Shown: in pieces, positions 41,440 through 50,391 of the stretch
Layout of the letters: the number at the start of each line of letters is the position of its first letter
Position numbering within the stretch: the stretch's first letter is position 1
Assembly: GCA_964581995.1 (NCBI GenBank)
Contig: CAZOQB010000008.1
Location: 77,278-141,277 of the forward strand
Direction of reading: 5' to 3'
DNA: 64,000 nucleotides
DNA from: an uncultured Ignavibacteriaceae bacterium
GTDB taxonomy: Bacteria; Bacteroidota; Ignavibacteria; UBA10030; BY39
Notes under the pieces: model-generated
What the model was told of the DNA's origin: nothing
Seen by the model: the letters and a program-made list of their open reading frames with translations, nothing else
Databases searched by the model: none
Program-made: the position numbers and the translations under genes

Positions 41440-41613
41440 ATGTCAGGATTAACTAAAAAAGAAAGAATAAAACGATCCACTTTTGATATTACAGTTTTTG
41501 AAAAAGCCTATAATATTGATTTGAAAAAGTGGTATGGTAAAGATCTGTACGGTGATAGTAAATTAAGTGCAGAGTATCTTATTGAAGTAAGCCGACTTAG
41601 AGAACAAAGATAG
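41440..41613 (+). CDS. Small hypothetical protein (57 aa)
   Basis: Hand-translated ORF MSGLTKKERIKRSTFDITVFEKAYNIDLKKWYGKDLYGDSKLSAEYLIEVSRLREQR. Confidence 0.45.
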   Translation: MSGLTKKERIKRSTFDITVFEKAYNIDLKKWYGKDLYGDSKLSAEYLIEVSRLREQR

Positions 41614-41645
41614 ATTAATATGCCATAAATTAAAACAGAAGAGAT

Positions 41646-41819
41646 ATGACAAAACAATTTGAGATGTTAAAAATTTTCCTGACCAAAGAACAAGTGGGAA
41701 AAATTATTGATGACAAATTTAGTAATGAAGAATGGGAATTATTTACAACTTATGTAAAAAACTTTAAAACAGAGAAATTAGTTTACTTGTTATATAATAA
41801 ATGGAATGAATCAGTATAG
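41646..41819 (+). CDS. Small hypothetical protein (57 aa)
   Basis: Hand-translated ORF MTKQFEMLKIFLTKEQVGKIIDDKFSNEEWELFTTYVKNFKTEKLVYLLYNKWNESV, with purine-rich GAAGAG upstream. Confidence 0.45.
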   Translation: MTKQFEMLKIFLTKEQVGKIIDDKFSNEEWELFTTYVKNFKTEKLVYLLYNKWNESV

Positions 41820-41949
41820 GTGTTATAGATCCCAACACTATGCAAAGTAAAAATATTGAATGGTAGAATATTAATTATATTGACACAAATAAATAAGAGA
41901 ATACTCTAAACCCCCAACGAATTAAATAAATTAAAACAAGAAGAAACAA

Positions 41950-41981
41950 AAAGCCCCAGTGAAAATATTTGCTGGGGCTTT
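41950..41981. terminator. Hairpin terminator, probably bidirectional
   Basis: AAAGCCCCAG..CTGGGGCTTT. Confidence 0.7.
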
Positions 41982-41997
41982 CTATTTACAAAGGGGG

Positions 41998-42026
41998 TTG
42001 ACTTTTATTGCAGAGGTTCTTACTAT
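41998..42026 (+). promoter_or_regulatory. Near-consensus sigma70 promoter
   Basis: TTGACT, 17-nt spacer, TACTAT. Confidence 0.55.
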
Positions 42027-42106
42027 CTAATTCTTTTGTTCGAACTCATCCCCTATCTGAGTTTAAACAAAAATCCGGGCTTGACCAAAAAGTAAAATTA
42101 TTCATT

Positions 42107-42228
42107 GTGAAGCTTTGTGCCTTTGGGTTTTTGTGGCAAAATAAGTGTGTCTATTAAATATAAATGAACTCATTGCCACGAAGGCGCCAAGTCACTAAGG
42201 TACGAAGAACACAGAGGCACACAAAGAC
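42107..42228. repeat. Low-complexity palindromic element (CACAAAG/CTTTGTG class)
   Basis: CTTTGTGCCTTTGGGTTTTTGTGGCAA..TTGCCACGAAGGCGCCAAGTCACTAAG..CACACAAAG. Confidence 0.6.
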
Positions 42229-42246
42229 TTTCGAGACAACGCCGGT

Positions 42247-42276
42247 GACTTTGTTCAAAACTTGTCGGGGGTTGAG
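42247..42276 (+). repeat. 30-bp direct repeat, left copy
   Basis: GACTTTGTTCAAAACTTGTCGGGGGTTGAG, identical to 48539-48568. Confidence 0.95.
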
Positions 42277-42337
42277 ACCATTTTATAGACTTTTAGCACA
42301 GCCTCCATCACTCAGCGACAAATCCCAAATTAGAAAA

Positions 42338-42637
42338 TTATATAATCAATTTATTTTTATCAATCTCTTTCATAATCCTCTCCGTCTCTGCAAGCGCGAC
42401 AATCATTTTCTGATAATGCTCGATATCGGCATTGGTAAGTGTACGACCTTTACGATCCTTTAGCCATTTCTGTGCAGGTTGGTAGCCGCCGATGTAGAAG
42501 TTCCAAGCAGTTTCTGGGACATTACCAAAGTATTGGTCTCTGTTCATAAATACTTTGTTATCTTTGTACACCAATTTCTCAACAGTGTCTGAGCCGTTTA
42601 CCGGATATGTAGTAATAAATTTATTTACTTTCGGCTC
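42338..42637 (-). pseudogene. C-terminal fragment of the single-chain R-M gene
   Basis: EPKVNKF..WNFYIGGYQPAQKWLKDR..KNKLII; about 16 differences over about 98 aa versus the end of ORF 44818-47892. Confidence 0.92.
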
Positions 42638-42671
42638 CTAACAGAGACGTTTACTAATGTATTTTTAGTTT

Positions 42672-42830
42672 CGAGTCCTTTAGGACTCGTATGTCTGTAG
42701 CACGATATCGAAAAATAATATTCCGCTCCGTAGGAGCGGTATGTCTCAATCAGTTTCAACATTCGACCCCTCTGGGGTCGGTATTGTTTTTCTATTTTCT
42801 TTCTACAAACATTCGACTTCTAACGGAGTC
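42672..42830. repeat. REP cluster (four short hairpins)
   Basis: CGAGTCCTTTAGGACTCG, CCGCTCCGTAGGAGCGG, CGACCCCTCTGGGGTCG, GACTTCTAACGGAGTC. Confidence 0.85.
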
Positions 42831-42939
42831 CATAATATCTAAAACTTATTCAAGCTATGATTCTTTATGCAAAACTGAATGCACGACAAGTGAAACTGCC
42901 GTGCTTTCCCGCTATGATCCCAGTTTACAGTTTGGACCG

Positions 42940-43707
42940 TTAATCTTTTATGAAACCAGCTTCTTTCCTGATTTGAGGAACTTGATCTTTTGCACGTATT
43001 AAATCCTCCTTAGGAAGTAAATCCCACGCTCTCTTCATAGTAGATTGATAAAACTCTTTCATAGCATTTGCTATAGTATTATGAACTCCGGGGTCATACA
43101 ATGGAATATCTTTTTGTATCCCCGAATAATAAGATTCACCTTTCACGGCAAGATCTATTTGTGGAATAGGCAAACTTTTAACTATTAATTTTTGCTTGGT
43201 AAATGTTTCTGAAATATACAGTGTTATTTTCCCGCTGAGAGTTAGAGTCCCTTCATATTCGGAAACAGTTTGTTTACCATCTGATCCCATAGGTATATAT
43301 GTCCAACCTCCTGATGTTTGGTCAATGTTTAATTTGATATCAGCAGATAAACCTAATTCACATTCGGTTTTGTCTGAATAAGTCATTAAATCATATTGTT
43401 CATAAGGACCTTTTAGAATATATCCTCGTGCCGTTAATATTTCTTCTAAATCATTTCCCATACTGGAACGAAATTGTTTAAATGGTGATTTATTTGAATA
43501 CACGAAATCTTCCGGATAAATGGGGTCGAACAAAGCAATTTTTAATCCTGCACTACCAGGCGCTGCAGAGCTTGGCGGCGAAAAATCAAAATCAGGAATT
43601 ACTATAGGTGTACGTGTTGTTATTCTCTCCTGTGTTGCACAAGCCGGAAACAATAATGCGAACACAATGAGTGTCGCTGACGAGTAAAGGTTCTTTTTCA
43701 TTTTCAT
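42940..43707 (-). CDS. Hypothetical lipoprotein
   Basis: Leader ending LFPAC; no recognised domain. Confidence 0.7.
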   Translation of the reverse strand: MKMKKNLYSSATLIVFALLFPACATQERITTRTPIVIPDFDFSPPSSAAPGSAGLKIALFDPIYPEDFVYSNKSPFKQFRSSMGNDLEEILTARGYILKGPYEQYDLMTYSDKTECELGLSADIKLNIDQTSGGWTYIPMGSDGKQTVSEYEGTLTLSGKITLYISETFTKQKLIVKSLPIPQIDLAVKGESYYSGIQKDIPLYDPGVHNTIANAMKEFYQSTMKRAWDLLPKEDLIRAKDQVPQIRKEAGFIKD

Positions 43708-43741
43708 TGTTATTAATTGTTAGTAATTATTTGTTGAATTT

Positions 43742-43763
43742 ATTATATAATCAATTTATTTTT
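43742..43763. repeat. 22-bp copy of the R-M gene stop-codon region
   Basis: ATTATATAATCAATTTATTTTT, identical to 42337-42358. Confidence 0.75.
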
Positions 43764-43774
43764 TACATATGGTC

Positions 43775-43830
43775 GTCAGCAACCGTTTGCTGACAAAAAC
43801 ATTTTACTGTCGTGAAATGGTTCACGACAG
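43775..43830. repeat. Two REP-like hairpins
   Basis: GTCAGCAACCGTTTGCTGAC and CTGTCGTGAAATGGTTCACGACAG. Confidence 0.75.
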
Positions 43831-43917
43831 CCGGGCTTTAAAATTTTTATAATGAAAAATATAAATCATTGTCGCAAAGGTATAAGTTAGCAAATCATTT
43901 TTAATGTAGTTCTTTTC

Positions 43918-44799
43918 CTACTTTTTTAACCATGAGATTATTTTTGAATTTATATCGGTTCTTACCTTTCTGAGTTCATGATCATCATTCAACATATGAA
44001 TCTCCAGATTTGCTGCTCCCTGCTTTTGCAGCGAACGATAAAGCGGAAGAATGTGGTCTTCAATTGTTACACCAGAATCGAGCCAGCCACCGAATAAAAG
44101 TATATCCTTTTTCGCAAGCTTATCTGCAAAATTTTTAAGGTTATATTCCTCTTTATGTTGTAACAACCATTCGTAAGATGCTTTCCCTCCTGGTCCACGG
44201 GATCTGGATGTATCCGACATGCACCTGTCCAGGATTCGTTCATGTAATCTCCTGAAATCAAGATCTTGTTCATACATCGTGGCCCAAACACTCAAATCTG
44301 CACCCGCAATCGAACATACTTTCCTGACAGAATTATCGTATAGGGAACCTAACAGAGCCAGTCCACCCCCATAGCTGTTGCCAATTAATGATATATTTGA
44401 TGTATCAATAGAATATTTCTTTATTGTTTGATCCAATTTTAGGAAATCAATCGCTGAATTTACATTTTTAAGTGAAGTCTCCGGTGACCAAATTCCTTTA
44501 CTTGACCATGTACCACTATAACTGAAGGTAAGGACATTAAAACCAGCTTCTGCTAGTGTATGTGCAAGTTCAAATATTAAATAATCTTTTCCGCAATAGC
44601 CATGCAGTAAAATCACTGTTGAGGAAAATTCTTTCGCCTTAGCTTTGTAGAACCAACCATGAATATTATCTCCGTAACTGTTAAAGTTAATTTCATTGGG
44701 ATTATCTGTTTCATTCTGTGCAAGTAGTAATGAAACTGGCAAAAAATAAAGAATTATTAACAGAAAAACTAGATTAGTAAAACAATTCTTTTTTTTCAT
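43918..44799 (-). CDS. Exported alpha/beta hydrolase
   Basis: Signal peptide; LLHGYCG, SYSGTWSSKG, nucleophile GNSYGG, late D and DH residues. Confidence 0.85.
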   Translation of the reverse strand: MKKKNCFTNLVFLLIILYFLPVSLLLAQNETDNPNEINFNSYGDNIHGWFYKAKAKEFSSTVILLHGYCGKDYLIFELAHTLAEAGFNVLTFSYSGTWSSKGIWSPETSLKNVNSAIDFLKLDQTIKKYSIDTSNISLIGNSYGGGLALLGSLYDNSVRKVCSIAGADLSVWATMYEQDLDFRRLHERILDRCMSDTSRSRGPGGKASYEWLLQHKEEYNLKNFADKLAKKDILLFGGWLDSGVTIEDHILPLYRSLQKQGAANLEIHMLNDDHELRKVRTDINSKIISWLKK

Positions 44800-44817
44800 T
44801 TTATTTCCCCCTTATAA

Positions 44818-47800
44818 TTAAACAATCAATTTACTTTTATCGACCTCTTTCATAATCCTCTCCGTCTCTGCAAGTGCCACAATTATTTTCTGATAATGCT
44901 CGATATCGGTGTTTGTAAGAGTTCTGCCATTGCGGTCTTTAAGCCATTTCTGTGCTGGCTGATAGCCGCCGATGTAAAAGTTCCACGCAGATTCCGGGAC
45001 TTTGCCAAAGTACTGGTCTTTGTTGATATAAACACAAGAGTCTTTGTAAATTATTTTTTCGACTGTATCTGAGCCGCTTACAGGATAGGTTGTTATAAAC
45101 TTATTTACCTTAGGTGATTCGAGGAGATGGAGTGAACGCAATTCAGCGCCAAGGGCAACAAGTTTTTTAAAACTCTTTGCATCTTTTGGATACGGCACAC
45201 GCGGGAAATCTATTTTTAAAAACTCTTTGTATTTCTCGCGATAACTCGGTGAGTGTAGAACTGCATAGATATAATCAAGAATATCTTCGGGAGTAACTTT
45301 GCCGACAATCTTTTCTATCTCTTTAACAATTTCTTTTTTGAGATTTGGAATTTTTGATCCGTCTTCGGCATATACATAGAGGGGTAATAATGATTCGCTA
45401 CCCTTGTTATCAGATCGTATGTAGCCATCTGCCATAATTTTATTGGATATGAAGAAGTATGACGTTTTATCTTCTGCCATCTGACGACGAACAACCAATC
45501 CGACATTCTCTTGTAACGAGTGCTTCATTATCTGGTATCTGGACCGCTCGATAAAATCATCGTGATAGTAAATAAATCGATTATCAAATGGGCGATAACT
45601 AATTGGTACTAAATTTTTATCATCATAATTATGTTTTAAAGCATTTATAGCTCGCCAGTTCATATTTTCTTTTAGTCCAAATTTTATCATTGCCTCTTGT
45701 GGCGTTGCACTCGAAAGAAAACCATTGATTCGTTTTTTAAGAATTTTATTATCGTAATCAATTACAAAATCGTCGCGTGAAGTTACAATACCTACACTTG
45801 AAATAGAGAATAGATCGGCAACGGAAAATCCCTTTTTATACTCACCCAAAATATTTGTATCCCGAACAACCCATTCATAATTTGGACTTGATGGAGTAAT
45901 GGATTTCCATTTTACCGAATCGATTGAATTAGTATTAAGAAACTCAAACTTTGATTGGCGAGTGCCGAAACTATCTGCAAGAAATATCCTAGTGGCTTTA
46001 TTCTTACTAGCTTTCCTTCTTATTCCCAAGAAGATCGCGACGCCCTGTTTAATATCAAAGACATTTTTATCTTCACTTCCATCTGGTGCTTTCTCTTTTT
46101 TATTGGCGTTACCGTGCAAGTCAAGCACATATATTTCATCAAATGTACTCATAAGATGATAGCGCATTCCGCGAAATGTCGGGTTGTCAATATATCCATG
46201 AGCAGTAATCATTGCTACGATACCCTCACCCGTTTTTTCAATCATGCTTTCGGCAAATCTGATAAATTTCACATAGTCGTCACTTAGCCATTTAGAATTC
46301 CGTTCCTGTAATTTTCCACCCGATGGTTCTGTTTTATAGACATCATTGCCAGTATATGAGGCATTGCTTGATTCACCAGAATACGGTGGGTTACCAATTA
46401 CTACCATAATAGGCGATTCGTTCTTTATAACCGATGCTTCTTTGGATTCATCTGCAATACTTTCAGCAAAACCAAAACCAGTAAACAGGTCTGCTTTGGT
46501 CGCACCTTCTTCGAGAGAATTTGTAAGATAAATACCAAGCCGGCGGTTAAAATATTTAAATCCCGTTTCTTTAAACGCCATACTCAACTTCAGGTGGGCT
46601 ATAGTATATGGCGCCATCATAAGCTCAAATCCGTGCAGTCGCGGCAGCAAATCGTTATGCACGTATGTGGTCCAGCGCCCCTTCTGTCCATCCTTAAGTA
46701 ACCGTTCGTAGATTATACGAATAACAGCGCTAATGAATGTGCCTGTCCCGACAGCCGGATCAAGAACCTGAACCCGGTGCAGACCGGTTGCTGTTTTTGA
46801 TGTGTCGGCTAAACCGGAAGCGAGACCAAAATCTTTTTCAAGTAAGTAATCAACAGAACGCACAATGAACCGCACCACCGGCAGAGGCGTATAAAACGCA
46901 CCCATCTTTTTCCTGAGTTCGGGATCGTATTCTTTTAAAAAGTCTTCATAAAAATGAATTACGGGGTCGGGTCCCTCTTGCGTTTTTCCCCACGAATCAT
47001 CTTTGAAATATTGCTTCATCAACTCCGGAACATCGGCATGGGAAAAAACCGAGCACAACTCATTTACAATATACTCAAGCCGTTTGTCAAAATTTGGTCC
47101 AACTATGTGGTCAAAGAAATGCCGAAGCAGAGGGTTTGATGCCGGCACGAGGTCGCGGGCTTCCTGCCGTGTAAAGTTTTCAGGCGTTGTATCGTGATAC
47201 CTTGCTACAAAAAGACCATAGACAAGAGTTTGCGCATACATATCCGCGAAAGATTCTTCTGTAAGGTCGTGCACAAGAAGTTTTTTAATCGTATCATGTA
47301 CACGTATTATCTCAGCGTTTTTTTCCGACTTATTTGAAAGAAATTGTTTGACGTTATCCCGTATCCTTTGCGCTTTACCACCCATAATTTTTGATAAGTG
47401 CTCTCCCGACCGGATCGGTTCTTTATGCGATTGCGTGAAATCAACTAATGTCTTGGCAACGTGGTCAAAATTTTCCGGTATAGCTACAATCTTTCTATGC
47501 TTAATATCATAATCCGCAATCTTGATTGGAGTTTGATAGGATAAACCGTTTCTGTAAAAACGAAATTCAACATAATCTGTCAGAACTAAATTGGCATAGC
47601 CAAAATATCTTGCCATCTGCTCGGACTTCTCCACTTTATCCAAAGACACGCCAATATCTTTCGCTTCGATATATAAAATTGGCACATCGTGGTTAAGTAC
47701 AACAAAGTCCGGCTTGTTCCCTTGCTTTGCTTTTGCATCGTGATCTATACGCCGCACATTGATTGACTCGAAAATTCCCTTTAATAAAATTTCAAAGTCG

Positions 47801-47892
47801 GTGCGGTAACCCATCTCGCTCGTTTCCTCGTGCGCGAATTTGGAGGAGATGGATTTAATATAATTTTCGAAAATATTTTGCATAGATTTCAA
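44818..47892 (-). CDS. Single-chain restriction-modification enzyme (N6 methylase, type IIG/ISP-like C-terminus)
   Basis: N-terminal KPDF..IEAK nuclease motif; GAFYTP, LDPAVGTGTF, IGNPPY; C-terminal DFPRVP..IGGYQPAQKWLKDR. Confidence 0.92.
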   Translation of the reverse strand: MKSMQNIFENYIKSISSKFAHEETSEMGYRTDFEILLKGIFESINVRRIDHDAKAKQGNKPDFVVLNHDVPILYIEAKDIGVSLDKVEKSEQMARYFGYANLVLTDYVEFRFYRNGLSYQTPIKIADYDIKHRKIVAIPENFDHVAKTLVDFTQSHKEPIRSGEHLSKIMGGKAQRIRDNVKQFLSNKSEKNAEIIRVHDTIKKLLVHDLTEESFADMYAQTLVYGLFVARYHDTTPENFTRQEARDLVPASNPLLRHFFDHIVGPNFDKRLEYIVNELCSVFSHADVPELMKQYFKDDSWGKTQEGPDPVIHFYEDFLKEYDPELRKKMGAFYTPLPVVRFIVRSVDYLLEKDFGLASGLADTSKTATGLHRVQVLDPAVGTGTFISAVIRIIYERLLKDGQKGRWTTYVHNDLLPRLHGFELMMAPYTIAHLKLSMAFKETGFKYFNRRLGIYLTNSLEEGATKADLFTGFGFAESIADESKEASVIKNESPIMVVIGNPPYSGESSNASYTGNDVYKTEPSGGKLQERNSKWLSDDYVKFIRFAESMIEKTGEGIVAMITAHGYIDNPTFRGMRYHLMSTFDEIYVLDLHGNANKKEKAPDGSEDKNVFDIKQGVAIFLGIRRKASKNKATRIFLADSFGTRQSKFEFLNTNSIDSVKWKSITPSSPNYEWVVRDTNILGEYKKGFSVADLFSISSVGIVTSRDDFVIDYDNKILKKRINGFLSSATPQEAMIKFGLKENMNWRAINALKHNYDDKNLVPISYRPFDNRFIYYHDDFIERSRYQIMKHSLQENVGLVVRRQMAEDKTSYFFISNKIMADGYIRSDNKGSESLLPLYVYAEDGSKIPNLKKEIVKEIEKIVGKVTPEDILDYIYAVLHSPSYREKYKEFLKIDFPRVPYPKDAKSFKKLVALGAELRSLHLLESPKVNKFITTYPVSGSDTVEKIIYKDSCVYINKDQYFGKVPESAWNFYIGGYQPAQKWLKDRNGRTLTNTDIEHYQKIIVALAETERIMKEVDKSKLIV

Positions 47893-47907
47893 AAAAGACG
47901 TGTTTGT

Positions 47908-48129
47908 TCAGGACTCGAATTCCTTTGTTGGCAGATGCGATTGACGCATAATGGATTTCAGAGTTCCGAATTTGATCTCTTCGTGGTTAGGAACGGGAAC
48001 AGTAATTGTTGAGGAGCCGGTTTTCTTCTGCATAATAATGTGGCTCCCACGCTGACGAACTTTCTGAAAACCGTGTTTGGAAAGGATATGACAGACCTCT
48101 TTGCCAGAGAGGATTCGCATTTTAGCCAA
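47908..48129 (-). CDS. hicA: HicA family toxin
   Basis: RQRGSHIIMQK..TVPVPNHEEIKFGTLKSIMRQ. Confidence 0.9.
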   Translation of the reverse strand: MAKMRILSGKEVCHILSKHGFQKVRQRGSHIIMQKKTGSSTITVPVPNHEEIKFGTLKSIMRQSHLPTKEFES

Positions 48130-48349
48130 CGGCTACCTCTAAGCGAGTGACAAAAACTTCGTCATGCAAGCGTTCACGAATTTCTTTACTTGAAGCCGTT
48201 TCAAAAAATAATTCGATTGCTTCTTTGAGATTCTTTCGAGCCTCTTCGACGGTTTCACCCTGACTGGCAATATCGAGTTCAGGACATAGAGCAACATACA
48301 TATTGTCCTCTCGTTCAATGACAGCTGTAAATTGATGTCTTTTCGGCAT
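48122..48349 (-). CDS. hicB: HicB family antitoxin (short form)
   Basis: YVALCPELDIASQGETVEEARKNLKEAIELF; overlaps hicA. Confidence 0.9.
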   Translation of the reverse strand: MPKRHQFTAVIEREDNMYVALCPELDIASQGETVEEARKNLKEAIELFFETASSKEIRERLHDEVFVTRLEVAVG

Positions 48350-48457
48350 TTTAAAAACCTTCTTTCTTGATTGATCTGGAATTAATGATACTATAAAGTT
48401 AATATAGCATACATTCCCTAAAATGTCAATGTGAGAGGTTTGAGGTTGGGTAGTTGC

Positions 48458-48522
48458 GGACAGACTGAAAGTCCGTCCTACCGGGTACGATTCAACCGGT
48501 ACGACATGCTTTTAGCATGTCG
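48458..48522. repeat. GTAG-type REP hairpins
   Basis: Minus strand GTAGGACGGACTTTCAGTCTGTCC; GTACGACATGCTTTTAGCATGTCG. Confidence 0.7.
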
Positions 48523-48538
48523 ATAGGCAGAGAAGGGG

Positions 48539-48568
48539 GACTTTGTTCAAAACTTGTCGGGGGTTGAG
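48539..48568 (+). repeat. 30-bp direct repeat, right copy
   Basis: Identical to 42247-42276. Confidence 0.95.
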
Positions 48569-48616
48569 TTCAAATGTTTTCGCTCAGCTTCTATCCCGTT
48601 AACCGGAAATAATAAA

Positions 48617-48706
48617 CGGGCCGAAGCTCTGTCTGCGCGCTATTTTTGGTAGGAACGCACAGACAGGCTTCATTTAAAGTATCACGGGAGGAATGATACT
48701 TACCCT
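48617..48706. repeat. 90-bp structured direct repeat, left copy
   Basis: Identical to 50392-50481; two hairpins GAAGC-TCTGTCTGCG..CGCACAGACAGGCTTC and AAGTATCA..TGATACTT. Confidence 0.97.
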
Positions 48707-48731
48707 TGAATTATTATTACATTCCAGCTTA

Positions 48732-50195
48732 TCATCTCATCAATATCATTTTCTTGGTCTCAATAAAAACTTGTTCTGAGAGAAGCGAAGGATCAACGGC
48801 AACTAATCTGTAGTAATACACACCGCTTGTTACACCTCCTGCGTTCCAGAATAAAGAGTATTCACCTTTTTCTTTCTTCTCTTGAGCGAGTGTTGCTACT
48901 TCCCTGCCCAACAGGTCATACACTTTTAGCGTAATATAACTTTCTCTTGGTACTGAGAAAGATATTTTTGTTTGTGGATTGAAGGGATTTGGATAATTCG
49001 CAGCTAATGCGAAGCTGCCAGTAACATTTGCTCGTTCGTTTACATCGGTGATAAGCATTTGCCAAGTAAGGGTATCTTTCTGGGAATTCTGCCATGCGCT
49101 GCTGTTCCATGTTTGGCATAATTCCTCTGTTATGTTTTTATTTGCATCGTAGGTGTAAGTGTATTTCAACCAATTCACCCACAAACTAGCGTTCCACGTT
49201 TGGTATAACACCTCTGTCCTGTTTTTATTTGAATCATAGGTGTGACTGGATTTAGTATCATTCACCCACGAAGTAGCGTCCCATGTTTGGTATAACCAGT
49301 CTGTCATGTTTCCATTTGCATCGTAGGTGTAAGTGTGTTTGTAAATATCCTCCCACAAACTGCCGTCCCATGTTTGGCATAACCAGTCTGTCATGTTTCC
49401 ATTTGCATCGTAGGTGTAAGTGTGTTTAGTCTCATTCACCCACGAACTTGTGTTCCATGTTTGGTATAACACCTCTGTCCTGTTTTTATTTGAATCATAG
49501 GTGTAGCTGGATTTAGTCTCATTCACCCACGAACTAGTGTTCCAGTTTTGGCATAACGCCTCTATCCTGTTTTTATTTGAATCATAGGTGTAACTGGATT
49601 TAAACTCATTCTCCCACACACTGCCGTTCCATGTTTGGCATAACATGTCTGTCGTGTTTCCATTTGCATCGTAGGTGTAACTGTATTTCACCCAATTCAC
49701 CCACAAACTGTCGTTCCATATTTGGTCTAACCAGTCTGTCATTTTTTCATTTGCATCGTAGGTGTAAGTGTGTTTAGTCTCATTCACCCACACACTGCCG
49801 TCCCATGTTTGGTATAACCAGTCTGTCATTTTTCCATTTGCATCGTAGGTGTAAGTGTGTTTAGTCTCATTCACCCACACATTTGTAAGCGTATCCCATA
49901 ACTGAAATACATCAGAAATCTGTAGATACATCGTATCTGATAGAACCTTAGTAAACTTATCTACTCTTCTATCGGCAAATTTTATATTGAAAAATAATCC
50001 CAGCTCATTCCGGAACTGTTGTTCAATGTGAATTCTAGGATGATGAGGGTATTGCGCGCGCGCGCTATCCACAATCTTTTCCTGAATGAACGTCTGGCAA
50101 TTGTATATGTTTTCCTTTTTCTGAGAGAACACCAACACTGTAAAAGAAACTGTAAGCATCACGATGGCGCTAAAAACAATCGCAAAGCTCTTCAT
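48732..50195 (-). CDS. T9SS type A sorting-domain protein with nine 29-aa repeats
   Basis: Signal peptide; repeats like ETKHTYTYDANGNMTDWLYQTWDGSVWVN; C-terminal NYPNPFNPQTKISF..LKVYDLLGREVATL. Confidence 0.9.
   Translation of the reverse strand: MKSFAIVFSAIVMLTVSFTVLVFSQKKENIYNCQTFIQEKIVDSARAQYPHHPRIHIEQQFRNELGLFFNIKFADRRVDKFTKVLSDTMYLQISDVFQLWDTLTNVWVNETKHTYTYDANGKMTDWLYQTWDGSVWVNETKHTYTYDANEKMTDWLDQIWNDSLWVNWVKYSYTYDANGNTTDMLCQTWNGSVWENEFKSSYTYDSNKNRIEALCQNWNTSSWVNETKSSYTYDSNKNRTEVLYQTWNTSSWVNETKHTYTYDANGNMTDWLCQTWDGSLWEDIYKHTYTYDANGNMTDWLYQTWDATSWVNDTKSSHTYDSNKNRTEVLYQTWNASLWVNWLKYTYTYDANKNITEELCQTWNSSAWQNSQKDTLTWQMLITDVNERANVTGSFALAANYPNPFNPQTKISFSVPRESYITLKVYDLLGREVATLAQEKKEKGEYSLFWNAGGVTSGVYYYRLVAVDPSLLSEQVFIETKKMILMR
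49085..49880. repeat. 87-bp intragenic tandem repeats
   Basis: TTAGTCTCATTCACCCAC recurs at 49774 and 49861 (period 87); about nine units. Confidence 0.9.
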
Positions 50196-50313
50196 AAGCT
50201 CACCTTATATTTTGTGTTTGAATGATGATTTGAAATAAAAAATAATGAAAATAAAACAGCTTGTCAAGAAAAAAACGAAGAAAATAGTAAATAATATTGT
50301 TTCCAGAAGAAAT

Positions 50314-50350
50314 AAAAAAGCCACAAACATGTAACAGACATTTGTGGCTT
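50314..50350 (-). terminator. Intrinsic terminator in the leader of the T9SS gene
   Basis: Minus strand AAGCCACAAA..TTTGTGGCTT followed by T run, about 120 nt upstream of the start at 50195. Confidence 0.8.
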
Positions 50351-50391
50351 GAAGCGGGAACGCTTTATAAACAAGAAACCTAAAAAATAAT

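Noticed and set aside
42164-43002. Plus-strand ORFs 42164-42463 and 42691-43002
   Set aside because: They run through repeat elements and are antisense to real genes; the translations look non-protein-like.
48696-48706. ATACTTACCCT resembles the U1 snRNA 5' end / splice donor complement
   Set aside because: Short chance match in a bacterial context.
48732-50195. Diversity-generating retroelement target or CRISPR array
   Set aside because: The repeats are contiguous in-frame 87-bp coding units with no unique spacers, there is no reverse transcriptase or cas gene, and no separate template repeat is seen.
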